Shown here: positions 11,114 through 20,627 of the stretch, piece by piece
Numbering within the stretch: the stretch's first letter is position 1
How the letters are laid out: each line of letters starts with the position of its first letter
Source: a bacterium
GTDB lineage: Bacteria > Spirochaetota > Spirochaetia > Treponematales > Treponemataceae
DNA: 64,000 nucleotides
Direction of reading: 5' to 3'
NCBI GenBank assembly: GCA_963648145.1
Contig: CAVJCY010000005.1
Span: 2,749 to 66,748 of the forward strand
Notes under the pieces: generated by a model
The model's input: the letters and a program-made list of their open reading frames with translations, nothing else
The model's database searches: none
Told to the model about the DNA's origin: nothing
Position numbers and translations under genes: made by a program

Positions 11114-11545
11114 ATGAAAAAATTTAAGTTTGATTTACAGGAAATTCTTGATTATCGTAAATACGAAGAACAGCAGGCACAGGTTGAACTTGGAAAAGCA
11201 CTTGCAGTGGAAAATGAAATTCAAGAAAATCTGAATACTATTGCAAGGCAATATGCCGAACTCAATGCATCAATGAAAAATTCAAAAAATTTTGAAGATA
11301 TTTTAGCTCAAAGTCGGAATATAAATTTTTTGAATTATCAAAAGGAAGAACTTTTAGAACAACTCGCCGCTGCAAAAATAGAAACTGAAGAAAAAAGGCA
11401 GATTTTGCAGGAAATAATGAAAAAAACAACTTCTCTTGAAAAAGTTAGGGAACAAGAAGCAGCGGAATATACCGCCGCCTCTGAAGCAGAAGAAGAAAAC
11501 GAGGTTGAAGATTTAACTACAACCCGTTATAAATTTCAATCATGA
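11114..11545 (+). CDS. fliJ: Flagellar export protein FliJ
   Basis: MKKFKFDLQEIL start, coiled coil, position after fliI. Confidence 0.88.
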   Translation: MKKFKFDLQEILDYRKYEEQQAQVELGKALAVENEIQENLNTIARQYAELNASMKNSKNFEDILAQSRNINFLNYQKEELLEQLAAAKIETEEKRQILQEIMKKTTSLEKVREQEAAEYTAASEAEEENEVEDLTTTRYKFQS

Positions 11546-11552
11546 ATAAATC

Positions 11553-13223
11553 CTAATAATGAAAAATACTTCCACCAATAAATTCGCGGATTATAGATCT
11601 GTCCGGTACTTGCGTTGGCGGAATTGGTGCAAAATTTTCAAGAAATGATAAAAGTCGGCGAGCTTCGCCAAATTCTTTCATAGCCGGAGTTACGCGCCGC
11701 AAAAGTGGTACAGCATAAGTGCTCAAAACCGAAAGTTCATAGTCCAAGGCTGTATTCAGCACGGCATCAGCATTATTCTGGAACGGAAAAATATGAAGTT
11801 CTTCGCCTTTGCGCACGCCCGGCCACATTGCAATCGTGCTTTCCGCGGATTTTCCACGGAAGTTATAATCACGAACGATGCGCCGTATAAGTCGGTTGTC
11901 GCTTGTAGAAATTCGATTGTGTTCATCAAGATTTAATTGAGTTAATGCCGAAAGATAAATCTTAAATTTATATTCAGCAGGAATTTTGGGAGTAAGTTTA
12001 TCGTTCAGACCATGAATTCCTTCCATGATGAGAATTTCATTTTCCTTTAGCGACATTGTGTTTTTTTCATCAAAATAACTGATTCCCGTGTGAAAATCAT
12101 AAGTCGGAAGTATAACCTCTTTGCCGGCAAACAAATCAATCAGATTTTTGTTCAAAAGTTCAATATTCAACGCTTCAAGGCATTCAAAATCAGGATTTCC
12201 GTTTTCGTCCAGCGGAGTTTTGTCGTGTCCAACATAATAGCAGTCAAGAGAAATAATTTTTGGAACATAGCCCATTGCCTGCAGTTCCAGGGCAAGTTTT
12301 TTTGCGGAAGTCGTTTTACCGGAAGATGAAGGCCCTGCAATCAAAACTACCCGGACGGTTTTTCTTTCAACAATCTGACTTGCAATTTTAGAAATATTTT
12401 TTTGCTGGAATGTTTCCGTAATATCAATAAAATCGTTGAATTTTCTGTTTGCAGCAAGCTCATTCAAAGAGGCTGCCGTAGTTACACCAACTCTCCGTCC
12501 CCATTCTTTATAACGTTTGTAAACTTCAAAAAGTTTTGGCTGATCCACAAATGGTTCCAGTTTGTCCGGAGAAGAATGTTTTGGAAATCGCAGTAAAAAT
12601 CCGTCCGAATATTTTTTTAGTTCAAAAGTCTTTAAAACTTTCGTATTTTGAACTAAAGGTCCAAAGTACATATCAGAAAAATTGCCAATAGTGTTAATTT
12701 TGACCGACGGCATTCCAGTGTATTTTAATTGCTTTTCAGTTTCTTTTAATCCAAGATTTTTGAACAGTGCAATCGCCGCTTTCCAGGAAATTACAGAAGT
12801 TGTAACTGGAAGTTTCTGTCTGACCATTTCTTCCATTTTTGCGCGGATTTTATTGATTGTATCTTCCGAATCTTCATCGCAATTTTCAAGATTGTAATAA
12901 TACCCGTAACCAAGACTGTGACCAACAACCAGCTGCTTTTCCGGGAATAATTCGTGAGCCGCAGAAGCCAGCAAAAGACAAAGTGAACGGCGATAAATTG
13001 CGGCACCGTCCTTTGTATTATTCAAAACCGGTTCAATTTCGCAGTCAAATTGCAAAATTGTGTCATCAATGGAACAAATTTCGTTGTTTATTCTTAAGGC
13101 AAAAATCGTATTTTTATCCAGATTAAACAAATCTATGACCTTAGATGACGGAACACCTTGAGAAAGTGTAATTTTCTCTAAATTTTTTCCGTCTTTTTTC
13201 AGCGTAACAGTAATTTCTTTCAT
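11553..13223 (-). CDS. Nucleoside (uridine) kinase with ThrRS-like N-terminal domain
   Basis: IAGPSSSGKTT, MEGIHGLN and RLIRRIVRD motifs. N-terminal YRRSL and GHSLGYGYY. Confidence 0.88.
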   Translation of the reverse strand: MKEITVTLKKDGKNLEKITLSQGVPSSKVIDLFNLDKNTIFALRINNEICSIDDTILQFDCEIEPVLNNTKDGAAIYRRSLCLLLASAAHELFPEKQLVVGHSLGYGYYYNLENCDEDSEDTINKIRAKMEEMVRQKLPVTTSVISWKAAIALFKNLGLKETEKQLKYTGMPSVKINTIGNFSDMYFGPLVQNTKVLKTFELKKYSDGFLLRFPKHSSPDKLEPFVDQPKLFEVYKRYKEWGRRVGVTTAASLNELAANRKFNDFIDITETFQQKNISKIASQIVERKTVRVVLIAGPSSSGKTTSAKKLALELQAMGYVPKIISLDCYYVGHDKTPLDENGNPDFECLEALNIELLNKNLIDLFAGKEVILPTYDFHTGISYFDEKNTMSLKENEILIMEGIHGLNDKLTPKIPAEYKFKIYLSALTQLNLDEHNRISTSDNRLIRRIVRDYNFRGKSAESTIAMWPGVRKGEELHIFPFQNNADAVLNTALDYELSVLSTYAVPLLRRVTPAMKEFGEARRLLSFLENFAPIPPTQVPDRSIIREFIGGSIFHY

Positions 13224-13291
13224 ATTCTTAAATTATAAGACGGAATTTTTGAATTGTAATTATAATTTTTTGTTGATGATTTCTTTTTTAT

Positions 13292-13424
13292 GGGGCCAGT
13301 GCCTCGTGTAACTCGCCTTCCACAGTTCACTCACGCTCAAAGTCCTCGGCACGCAAATGGCGTGCCTGCGGTCTTTCGTTTCGTTTGCTCAAGCAAACTT
13401 CACGCCTGTTCCAGCCTCGGGCCG
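13292..13424. repeat. Multibranch structured repeat, copy A
   Basis: GGGGCCAGT...GGCACG-CAAATGG-CGTGCC...GTTTG-CTCAAG-CAAAC...CCAGCCTCGGGCCG. Aligns with copies at 18695 and 57087. Confidence 0.85.
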
Positions 13425-13445
13425 TGTTTTTCGTCCAGAAATTAA

Positions 13446-13497
13446 GAGTATCTCTAAAAAATCATTTACAATGCTTTATTTAATTTTAGAGATGCTC
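13446..13497. mobile_element. MITE, single-hairpin form
   Basis: GAGTATCTCTAAAA...TTTTAGAGATGCTC. Confidence 0.75.
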
Positions 13498-13498
13498 T

Positions 13499-14149
13499 TT
13501 ATAAAATATTTTCAATTTTTTTTAAATTTTTACAGATTTTCCAGACCATTTTTTTTACATCATCGTCCGGTTGAATTTTATCCGGCACCATAATTACTTT
13601 CATTCCTGCGTCAAAAGCACTTTTTACTCCGTTCGGGCTGTCTTCCACCGCGACACATTTTTCTGTACTAACATCAAGAGATTTACAGACCATAATGTAA
13701 ATGTCCGGAGATGGCTTACTGTGACTGACCATATCGCCAAATGTAAAAGTTTTAAAAAAATCATAAAGGCCGGCAGTCTTCATTTGTCGGCTAGCAGTAA
13801 GTTTCCGTGTAGAAGAGGCAAGTCCCAGCGGATATTTTTTACTTAAATATTCAAGAATTTCCTTTGCATAAAACATCAGTGGAATACCGTTTTTTTCTTC
13901 AATCTGATGAAAAAGTCTGGAAGTTTTGTTTAAAAAATCACTGGCTTTAAAGTCCTGTCCGTAAATTTTTTTTAAAATCAGTTCTGTATCAGTTTTATTA
14001 CAACCTCTGCACTTTTGAATGGAATTTTCAGTATTCGGAATACCAAAAATTTCACCTGCAATTTTCCAGGTTTGGTCACAAATGCTTTCAGAATCAAGCA
14101 AAACGCCGTCCATATCAAAAATTACCGCTTCTGGAATAAAGTCACTCAT
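13499..14149 (-). CDS. HAD-superfamily phosphatase (subfamily IA)
   Basis: FDMDGVLLDSE, ASST, KPSPDIY and VEDSPNG motifs. Confidence 0.9.
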   Translation of the reverse strand: MSDFIPEAVIFDMDGVLLDSESICDQTWKIAGEIFGIPNTENSIQKCRGCNKTDTELILKKIYGQDFKASDFLNKTSRLFHQIEEKNGIPLMFYAKEILEYLSKKYPLGLASSTRKLTASRQMKTAGLYDFFKTFTFGDMVSHSKPSPDIYIMVCKSLDVSTEKCVAVEDSPNGVKSAFDAGMKVIMVPDKIQPDDDVKKMVWKICKNLKKIENIL

Positions 14150-14152
14150 ATT

Positions 14153-14917
14153 TTACAACCTTACCGGAATTCCTTTTGCTGCAAGTTCTTTTTTAATTCC
14201 GGGAACAGTGTAGCCCATTGAATGAACCATGCTCGCAATCAGTGCCGCATCCGCTTTGCCTTCCGTCAAAACATCACACAAATGTTGAGGAGTTCCGCCA
14301 CCGCCACTTGCAATTACCGGAACAGGAACATTTTCTGCAACCATTTTTGTAAGAGGAATTTCATATCCAGTTTTCATGCCATCCGCATCAATTGAATTTA
14401 AAACGATTTCGCCTGCTCCCAAAGAAACAGCCCTTTTTGCCCATTCAAGAGCGTCTAAATCGGTTTTTGTACGCCCTCCGTTAATAAAAACTCTGTAACC
14501 ACTTGGCATTTGCGAATCTCGTGCGGCATCCATTCCAAGTACAATGCACTGATTTCCAAAAATTCTCGCACCTTCCGTAATTAAATCAGGATTTTTTACA
14601 GCCTGAGAATTTAAACTGACTTTTTCCGCTCCTGCAAGAATTGTGGAACGAATGTCATCAATACTACTAATTCCGCCACCAACACAAAAAGGAATAAAAA
14701 CTTCAGACGCGACGCGTGCAATAAGGTCAAGAATCGGACCACGTCCGCGCGCGCTTGCAATAATGTCATAAAAAACAAGTTCATCAACGCCCTGACGATA
14801 ATATTCCGCCGCCATTTCTACGGGATCTCCAATATCCATATTGTTCTGGAACTTTACACCTTTAGTCGTTCTTCCATCTTTTACGTCAAGACAGACAATA
14901 ATTCTTTTTTTTATCAT
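14153..14917 (-). CDS. hisF: Imidazole glycerol phosphate synthase cyclase subunit
   Basis: KRIIVCLDV, GAEKVSLNS, GAGEIVLNSIDADG and VIASGG motifs. Confidence 0.97.
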   Translation of the reverse strand: MIKKRIIVCLDVKDGRTTKGVKFQNNMDIGDPVEMAAEYYRQGVDELVFYDIIASARGRGPILDLIARVASEVFIPFCVGGGISSIDDIRSTILAGAEKVSLNSQAVKNPDLITEGARIFGNQCIVLGMDAARDSQMPSGYRVFINGGRTKTDLDALEWAKRAVSLGAGEIVLNSIDADGMKTGYEIPLTKMVAENVPVPVIASGGGGTPQHLCDVLTEGKADAALIASMVHSMGYTVPGIKKELAAKGIPVRL

Positions 14918-14928
14918 AACAAACGCTC

Positions 14929-15552
14929 TTATAACTCACAGAAATTTTTTAATATTTTTAGACCACTTTCGCCGCTTTTTTCCGGATGAAACTGACAGGC
15001 AAAAATATTTCCACTTTGAATTACTGCAGGAACTTTTATTCCGTAATCAGTGGTTGCTTTTATGACGCAGTCATCTTCAGGGCAGATAACATACGAATGA
15101 ACAAAGTAAAAATCAGCATTTTCAAGGACATTTTTTAAAATAGGGCAGTCACCATTTTTTCTCTGAAGATTATTCCAGCCAATTTGAGGAACTTTAAAAC
15201 CTTCATTTTTCATTCCCGGCCTAATATTATAAAAATACCGGATTTTTCCTTTTATAAGGCCAAGACAGTTTGTGTTGCCTTCTTCCGACCAGTCAAAAAT
15301 AATTTGCGATCCAAGACAAATTCCAAGCAACGGTTTATTTTCTTTTGTCCAGTTTTGTAAAAAATCATCAAATCTGGTGATTTTTAACTGTTCCATGGCA
15401 TAAGAAGCGTCTCCAACGCCCGGAAAAATCAGTTTTTCGCAATCTTTTAATTCTTCAGGATTTTTTGAAAGAATAAAATCAATATTAATGCTTTTTAGCG
15501 CACGTTCTACACTGGTGATGTTTCCAGCGTTGTAATCAACAATTCCTACCAT
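14929..15552 (-). CDS. hisH: Imidazole glycerol phosphate synthase glutaminase subunit
   Basis: PGVG, GICLG, YFVHSY and QFHPEKS motifs. Confidence 0.97.
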   Translation of the reverse strand: MVGIVDYNAGNITSVERALKSINIDFILSKNPEELKDCEKLIFPGVGDASYAMEQLKITRFDDFLQNWTKENKPLLGICLGSQIIFDWSEEGNTNCLGLIKGKIRYFYNIRPGMKNEGFKVPQIGWNNLQRKNGDCPILKNVLENADFYFVHSYVICPEDDCVIKATTDYGIKVPAVIQSGNIFACQFHPEKSGESGLKILKNFCEL

Positions 15553-15622
15553 ATTTAAACGATACAGTACAGAAAGATTGCTTTCAAGTCATTTTTTTTG
15601 CAACTTTGCCGATAAATACAAT

Positions 15623-15868
15623 ATGAGCAGTGATTTTAACGAAGCTTTAAAAATCGCAATGGAAGTTCTAAAAGACTGGCGGGTAATAGTTATTACAGTC
15701 GCCATGATTTTAGTAATTTCTTTTACAAAATATATAACAAGCTATCACAAAAAAAAGCCTACAAAATTCAAAAAAAAGAAAGTACCTGTACAACCGGTTG
15801 TTGCCCCTCCTTCTGATTCTGAAAAAAAATCGGAAGAAATAGAAACAGACAGTCCAGAAAATTATTAA
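15623..15868 (+). CDS. Small single-pass membrane protein, unknown function
   Basis: TM segment followed by a Lys-rich then acidic tail. ATG at 15623 preferred over the upstream TTG. Confidence 0.7.
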   Translation: MSSDFNEALKIAMEVLKDWRVIVITVAMILVISFTKYITSYHKKKPTKFKKKKVPVQPVVAPPSDSEKKSEEIETDSPENY

Positions 15869-15870
15869 AA

Positions 15871-15906
15871 GGGAACCTCTAAAAATTGCAATTTTTAGAG
15901 GTGTCT
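15871..15906. mobile_element. MITE, 36-bp minimal form
   Basis: GGGAACCTCTAAAAATTGCAATTTTTAGAGGTGTCT between convergent genes. Confidence 0.8.
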
Positions 15907-15914
15907 TTGAAAAA

Positions 15915-17561
15915 TCAGACCGTTGCAGGTGAATTTTTTACTTGCCGGTCATTTTTTTTAGAAAAATGCTTGTATTTCAGTCTGTTTTTCCACAAAAATT
16001 TGCTTACAGAAACACTTTTATTTTCTATCAGTTGATTAATTATCTGTTGGACATCCGCATGGTTCCATATTCGTTTTTTTAATAGTTTTATTGACTCTGA
16101 ATTAAATTTTTCAAAAAGATTTTCTTCAAGACTTTCTGCGTCATAATAATGCGGATTTTTTTTAATTTCCTGCAAGGCATATTCCCAATCGCTTTTGGGA
16201 TATAATTTTTTCAGTTCATTTTTGAATTTAATTTTTTTTAGCCCCCTAAAATTCTTTCCTTCTTCCAGGACTTTTCTTTTATTACAAAGATCGCAGCCAC
16301 TGCAAACCGCTTGTTCTGCCCCCAACGCATCCAAAAGAACTTGTCTCCTGCAGTCTTTTGTTTCCGCAAATTCCTTTAAGGCTGCTTTTCTTGAACCTGC
16401 CGGATAAGCAGAAAAATCGACAGAATCCTTTGGACTCCAGATTAGAATTGCTTTTGCAATGCTACCATCTCTTCCGCCGCGTCCAGCCTCTTGCAAATAT
16501 GCTTCTGCCGTGTCCGACGGTTCTAAATGCACGACAGTTTTTATATCCTTTTTATCGACTCCCATGCCGTATGCACATGTCGCGCACAAAACACCATCTT
16601 TTGAATTGTAAAACCATTTTTCTACATTTTCTTTTTCAGATTTTTCCAGTCCTGCGTGATAAAATTTAGCAGTTTCTTGTCCAAAGCATAAATTTAATTC
16701 CAAAGCCATATCTTCAGATTTGTGTCTTGTTCCACAAAAAATAATCATAGGATGCGCTTCTCTTGCCACAAGTTTCAAAGCCATTTTCTTTTTCGCGGCC
16801 GCGTTTTCAACAAAATAATGTATGTTTGCCCTGTCACTTTCGCTTCGGACAACATGCGCCTCGCCTTCAAAAAGAATTTCAGAAACTCTTGCCAGTACAG
16901 AAGGCGAGGCTGTTGCCGTAAATGCCGTTATTACCGGCGGATTAATTTTTTTTATTACTTTTCCCAAATTTAAATAACTGGGACGGAAAGAATCTCCCCA
17001 CTCGCTGACACAATGACTTTCATCAATAGCAATATGAATAATTCCCGTTTCAGCAAGCTGGTTTAAAAGGTCTTCAGATTCAAGCACTTCCGGATTCGCA
17101 AGAATAATTTTTGCACCATTCCTGATTTTTTCAAAATTTTCTTCCCGTTCTTCAGTCGACTGTCCACCTCTGAAAGTAACCGATCTCAAACTTCCTTCTT
17201 CCATTCTTCGCTGTTGATCGCTCATCAGTGCAAGCAGCGGATAAATAACTAAAGTCGGACCATCCAGCAGCAATGCCGGAACCTGAAAACACAAAGACTT
17301 CCCAGCCCCAGTAGGAAGCAGTACAATCTGCCGCCCCTTGCAAAATGAATCTTTATTTTCCGCATCCGCTTCTTTTTTTTCTTCATCCGTAAGACTTGCG
17401 TATTTTTTTTGATACTCACAGGCTTCTAGAATATTAGAAACAACTAGCCGTTGCCACGGAAACATATATCGTATTCCAAAATTTTTCCAGGCAGTTTTAG
17501 CCGCAAGATCATCAGCGTAAAGTTCATCTTCGTCGGCATCAATTCTTGTAATTTCTTCCAT
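15915..17561 (-). CDS. recQ: RecQ-family DNA helicase
   Basis: PTGAGKS, DESHCVSEWGDSFRP, TATA, QEAGRGGRDG and the CRR..CSGCDLC zinc site. Confidence 0.9.
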   Translation of the reverse strand: MEEITRIDADEDELYADDLAAKTAWKNFGIRYMFPWQRLVVSNILEACEYQKKYASLTDEEKKEADAENKDSFCKGRQIVLLPTGAGKSLCFQVPALLLDGPTLVIYPLLALMSDQQRRMEEGSLRSVTFRGGQSTEEREENFEKIRNGAKIILANPEVLESEDLLNQLAETGIIHIAIDESHCVSEWGDSFRPSYLNLGKVIKKINPPVITAFTATASPSVLARVSEILFEGEAHVVRSESDRANIHYFVENAAAKKKMALKLVAREAHPMIIFCGTRHKSEDMALELNLCFGQETAKFYHAGLEKSEKENVEKWFYNSKDGVLCATCAYGMGVDKKDIKTVVHLEPSDTAEAYLQEAGRGGRDGSIAKAILIWSPKDSVDFSAYPAGSRKAALKEFAETKDCRRQVLLDALGAEQAVCSGCDLCNKRKVLEEGKNFRGLKKIKFKNELKKLYPKSDWEYALQEIKKNPHYYDAESLEENLFEKFNSESIKLLKKRIWNHADVQQIINQLIENKSVSVSKFLWKNRLKYKHFSKKNDRQVKNSPATV

Positions 17562-17698
17562 ACTTTATTAATAGATTTGTTTTTCCATTTTTTCCGCATT
17601 TTCAGAAATTTTTTCAAAATTTATTGGATTTAAAATCATTTAAGGATATACTGATAGTACTACTATCAATACTTTTGTGATTTTTATTGGAGTTTAAA

Positions 17699-18688
17699 AT
17701 GAAAAAAATTAAAACTTTGATTTCATATGCTGCTGCATTCGTTTTTGCCACAGCCTCTTTAAGTGCCTATGAACTTCCAGAAAACTGGTCATTCTACATT
17801 GGAACAGATATGGCTTATTACCCGCTTTCTGCAAAAATTTCTGCTAATACTTATGATCACTTTGCAACAATTACTGGTCCTTACAGTGGATTAGAAGGCC
17901 GCGTTACTGCTCACGCTGATTACAAAATTACAACACCGCTTGGTTCATCATGGCTTGTAAAAAATGCAAATGTAGTTCTTGGTTCAGCATTAGAAATTTC
18001 TCCGGTTTCCGTAAAACCTCAGTTAAGCATTTCCTTTACACCGCTTCCATTTCTTGTTTTTAGCGCAGGTGCACAGGCCGGAACAGGCTGGAATTTGTTC
18101 GGTCTTCAGGGCATGGCTGCTTACAACGGTGGGGATGGTTATGAAGATTTAACTCCGTTTAAAAATTATTTTTTAAAGTGGTGGGCACAGGGAACTTTCC
18201 AGTTTGATACAGGCGCAATTTTTGCAGGCGACTGGACACACGTAGTCCTTCAGTATTCATATCAGGTTTATTACGAAGGAATTTCCGGCGTAGATAATCA
18301 GACCGTTTGGAACTGGCAGTGTTCCGGCAACAAAGTAAACGGACTTAAAAATTATCAGTGCGGAATTATTGCTTATCAGATGCCTTTAGTTTTGTACCGT
18401 GCAGGTGTTATGTTTGAACTTGACGGATATTATGATTCTGCCGTTTACGCTAATCCAGATTACTATGGCGATTTCAAACAGATTTCCATTAGTCCTTTGG
18501 TTCAACTCAAATTTAATGAACACAACACACTTTCAATACTTTTCGGATTTTCTAGTCGCCGTGCATACAAAGTTCAGACTTCTTCAAATGCTCCAGAAAT
18601 TTACGATTATACACATTCAAACAGCGTTTACACTTCTCGCGAATGGTATTTCAACAGAATTGCTTTAAGCTGGACATTCACATTCTAA
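17699..18688 (+). CDS. Putative outer-membrane beta-barrel protein
   Basis: Signal peptide, alternating aromatic strands and C-terminal WTFTF. SD GGAG before ATG 17699. Confidence 0.7.
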   Translation: MKKIKTLISYAAAFVFATASLSAYELPENWSFYIGTDMAYYPLSAKISANTYDHFATITGPYSGLEGRVTAHADYKITTPLGSSWLVKNANVVLGSALEISPVSVKPQLSISFTPLPFLVFSAGAQAGTGWNLFGLQGMAAYNGGDGYEDLTPFKNYFLKWWAQGTFQFDTGAIFAGDWTHVVLQYSYQVYYEGISGVDNQTVWNWQCSGNKVNGLKNYQCGIIAYQMPLVLYRAGVMFELDGYYDSAVYANPDYYGDFKQISISPLVQLKFNEHNTLSILFGFSSRRAYKVQTSSNAPEIYDYTHSNSVYTSREWYFNRIALSWTFTF

Positions 18689-18694
18689 AAATTT

Positions 18695-18827
18695 GGGGCC
18701 AGTACCGTGTGTAACTCGCCTTACGCAGTTTGGTAACCCTCAAACAAAAAAAGTGTGCAAATGGCACACTTTTTTTGTTTTGCTCGTTTGTTCATACAAA
18801 CTTCGCAACTGCTTCAGCCTCGGGCCG
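18695..18827. repeat. Multibranch structured repeat, copy B
   Basis: Same frame as copy A with covarying stem AAGTGTG-CAAATGG-CACACTT. Confidence 0.85.
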
Positions 18828-18879
18828 TTTTTTTGTAAAAAATATAATTTTCCGCAAAAAAGTCAGTTCAAAGTTTTTT

Positions 18880-20079
18880 TTAGTCCATAATTGTAATTTC
18901 TACGCGGCGGTTTTTTGCTCTTCCAGATTCAGTTTCATTGCTTGCAATCGGCTCTGTAGAACCTTTGCCCTGAGTAAAAATATGATATTCATCGCGCACG
19001 CCAAGAATCTGCAGATAGTCTGCAACTGCCTCTGCCCGCGATTCAGAAAGTTTTTGCCGTGCGTTTACAGTTCCCCTTTCGGCACAATGTCCTGTAATCA
19101 AAAGATCATTATTGTATTCTTTCAAAAGATTTGCAATTTTTCGTAATTTTGTTTTTTCACTTGCACGCAATTTATCAGAATCAGCTTCAAACTGAATGTT
19201 TTCAATGCTGATTGTAAGTCCTTTTTCACTTTTCTGTACAGAAACATCATCAAGTTTCATTTTTTTTATGCTTTTTTCAAGTTTTTTAAGATTTTCATCA
19301 TCATTTACAGAATGATATTCCGTAACCTTTCCTTCCGCTTCAGAAATGAACGTATAAGAATTTCCGTAAACATCATACATCTGAATCTGGAATTCTTCTG
19401 TGTAATGGTCAAGGTCGCCTTTTTTCTGGTCCCAGTAGATTTTTTGCTTTGCATAACCTTCCGCTCCGGCATAAAGACTGCCGCGGTAATAAGAATCCTG
19501 CTGTGCATCTTGAAAAATTTCGTAATAACATTCAATTACGTTCAGATTTTCTTCATCCCCAATGTAAGTATAATTTGCGCTAAAAGGAATTTTTACAGCC
19601 CGGTTCATATTAAAAAGTTCACAAAGGTCATGAACTTCTATTCCATCTGCCTGCCATGAATCCCCTGGTGCAACTTTATAATCTGGAAAACACGGAACAT
19701 TTCGCACTGTCGGCATAAAGTCATTGTCAGGGTCAATAATTTCACCGTTTTTTGTTCTGTAAGTCTGAACTGTTGTTTCTTCCTGCTTCCATTCAAGGGT
19801 AGTGCCCTGGCGTTTTTCTGTTGTCATATAATGAGTTTCAAGAAGTGCCTTGTCGTCTTTGTCTTTTTCCAGGATAGTTGTTGCAATTCTGTTGATAAAT
19901 TCAATTTTATTCACAAGACGATTATTAAAATAGGCTTCTTCGTTTACCGTTGTAATATGAACTACAGAATCACCTTTTTTTTGTTTAAACTCAAACTGAA
20001 TTTTTGAATCAGCGAAAACAAGGTTAAAAAGTCCGGCACAAAGAAAAACGAACGGCATGGTAAAATTTATTTTTTTCAT
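18880..20079 (-). CDS. OmpA C-terminal domain (peptidoglycan-binding) protein
   Basis: Signal peptide. IQFEADS, GHCA, LSESRAEAV and NRRVEI motifs. Confidence 0.9.
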   Translation of the reverse strand: MKKINFTMPFVFLCAGLFNLVFADSKIQFEFKQKKGDSVVHITTVNEEAYFNNRLVNKIEFINRIATTILEKDKDDKALLETHYMTTEKRQGTTLEWKQEETTVQTYRTKNGEIIDPDNDFMPTVRNVPCFPDYKVAPGDSWQADGIEVHDLCELFNMNRAVKIPFSANYTYIGDEENLNVIECYYEIFQDAQQDSYYRGSLYAGAEGYAKQKIYWDQKKGDLDHYTEEFQIQMYDVYGNSYTFISEAEGKVTEYHSVNDDENLKKLEKSIKKMKLDDVSVQKSEKGLTISIENIQFEADSDKLRASEKTKLRKIANLLKEYNNDLLITGHCAERGTVNARQKLSESRAEAVADYLQILGVRDEYHIFTQGKGSTEPIASNETESGRAKNRRVEITIMD

Positions 20080-20160
20080 ATAAAATATCCTTTTTCTAGA
20101 GATTTTTTTTATTATCGGGATTAGTTTTATAAAAAATCATTTTTATACGATAATAAATTT

Positions 20161-20583
20161 ATGTATCAGTGGTTACAAAAAACTTTTCCGTTTATAAATT
20201 CAACAAATTTTACCATTTTTTTATTTTTTACCATTATTTTTTTAATTTTACTTATTATTTTTCAGAATATTCATTTTATTAAAGTCAAAAAAAATATCAG
20301 AAAAGACGCCGCAAAACGTTCCCGTGCCGTACGCGATGGGCAAATGGCAGAACAAATTGCACCTTTTCTTCCGGATTTTCCATGTCGTGCCGAAGATGCC
20401 CGTTTTTTAGGAAAACCCGTCGACTTTATAGCATTTCCTGGCCTTGAAGAAAAAAATCAGGTTGACGAAATCCTGCTTATTGAAGTAAAAACCGGTTCGT
20501 CCGTACTTTCAAACCGTGAAAAAGAAGTTTTGCAGGCAGTAAAAGACGGACGAGTCAGATATATTCAGTATAGAATAAATTAA
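20161..20583 (+). CDS. Membrane-anchored PD-(D/E)xK nuclease, Holliday junction resolvase-like
   Basis: N-terminal TM helix. EQIAPFLPDFP, FLGKPVDFIAF and IEVKTG motifs. Confidence 0.8.
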   Translation: MYQWLQKTFPFINSTNFTIFLFFTIIFLILLIIFQNIHFIKVKKNIRKDAAKRSRAVRDGQMAEQIAPFLPDFPCRAEDARFLGKPVDFIAFPGLEEKNQVDEILLIEVKTGSSVLSNREKEVLQAVKDGRVRYIQYRIN

Positions 20584-20627
20584 GGGTATTTCTAAAAAAA
20601 ATCATTTTCAATACTTTATTTAGAGAG
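20584..20627. mobile_element. MITE, single-hairpin form overlapping the 3' end of the EAL gene
   Basis: GGGTATTTCTAAAA..ATCATTTTCAATACTTTATTTAGAGAG directly after a TAA. Confidence 0.7.

Noticed and set aside
13357..13593. Short ORFs over repeats (also 18693-18890, 38082-38306, 49885-50117, 57038-57310, 60578-60775)
   Set aside because: They are translations of the structured repeats or MITEs, without SD sites or protein-like composition.
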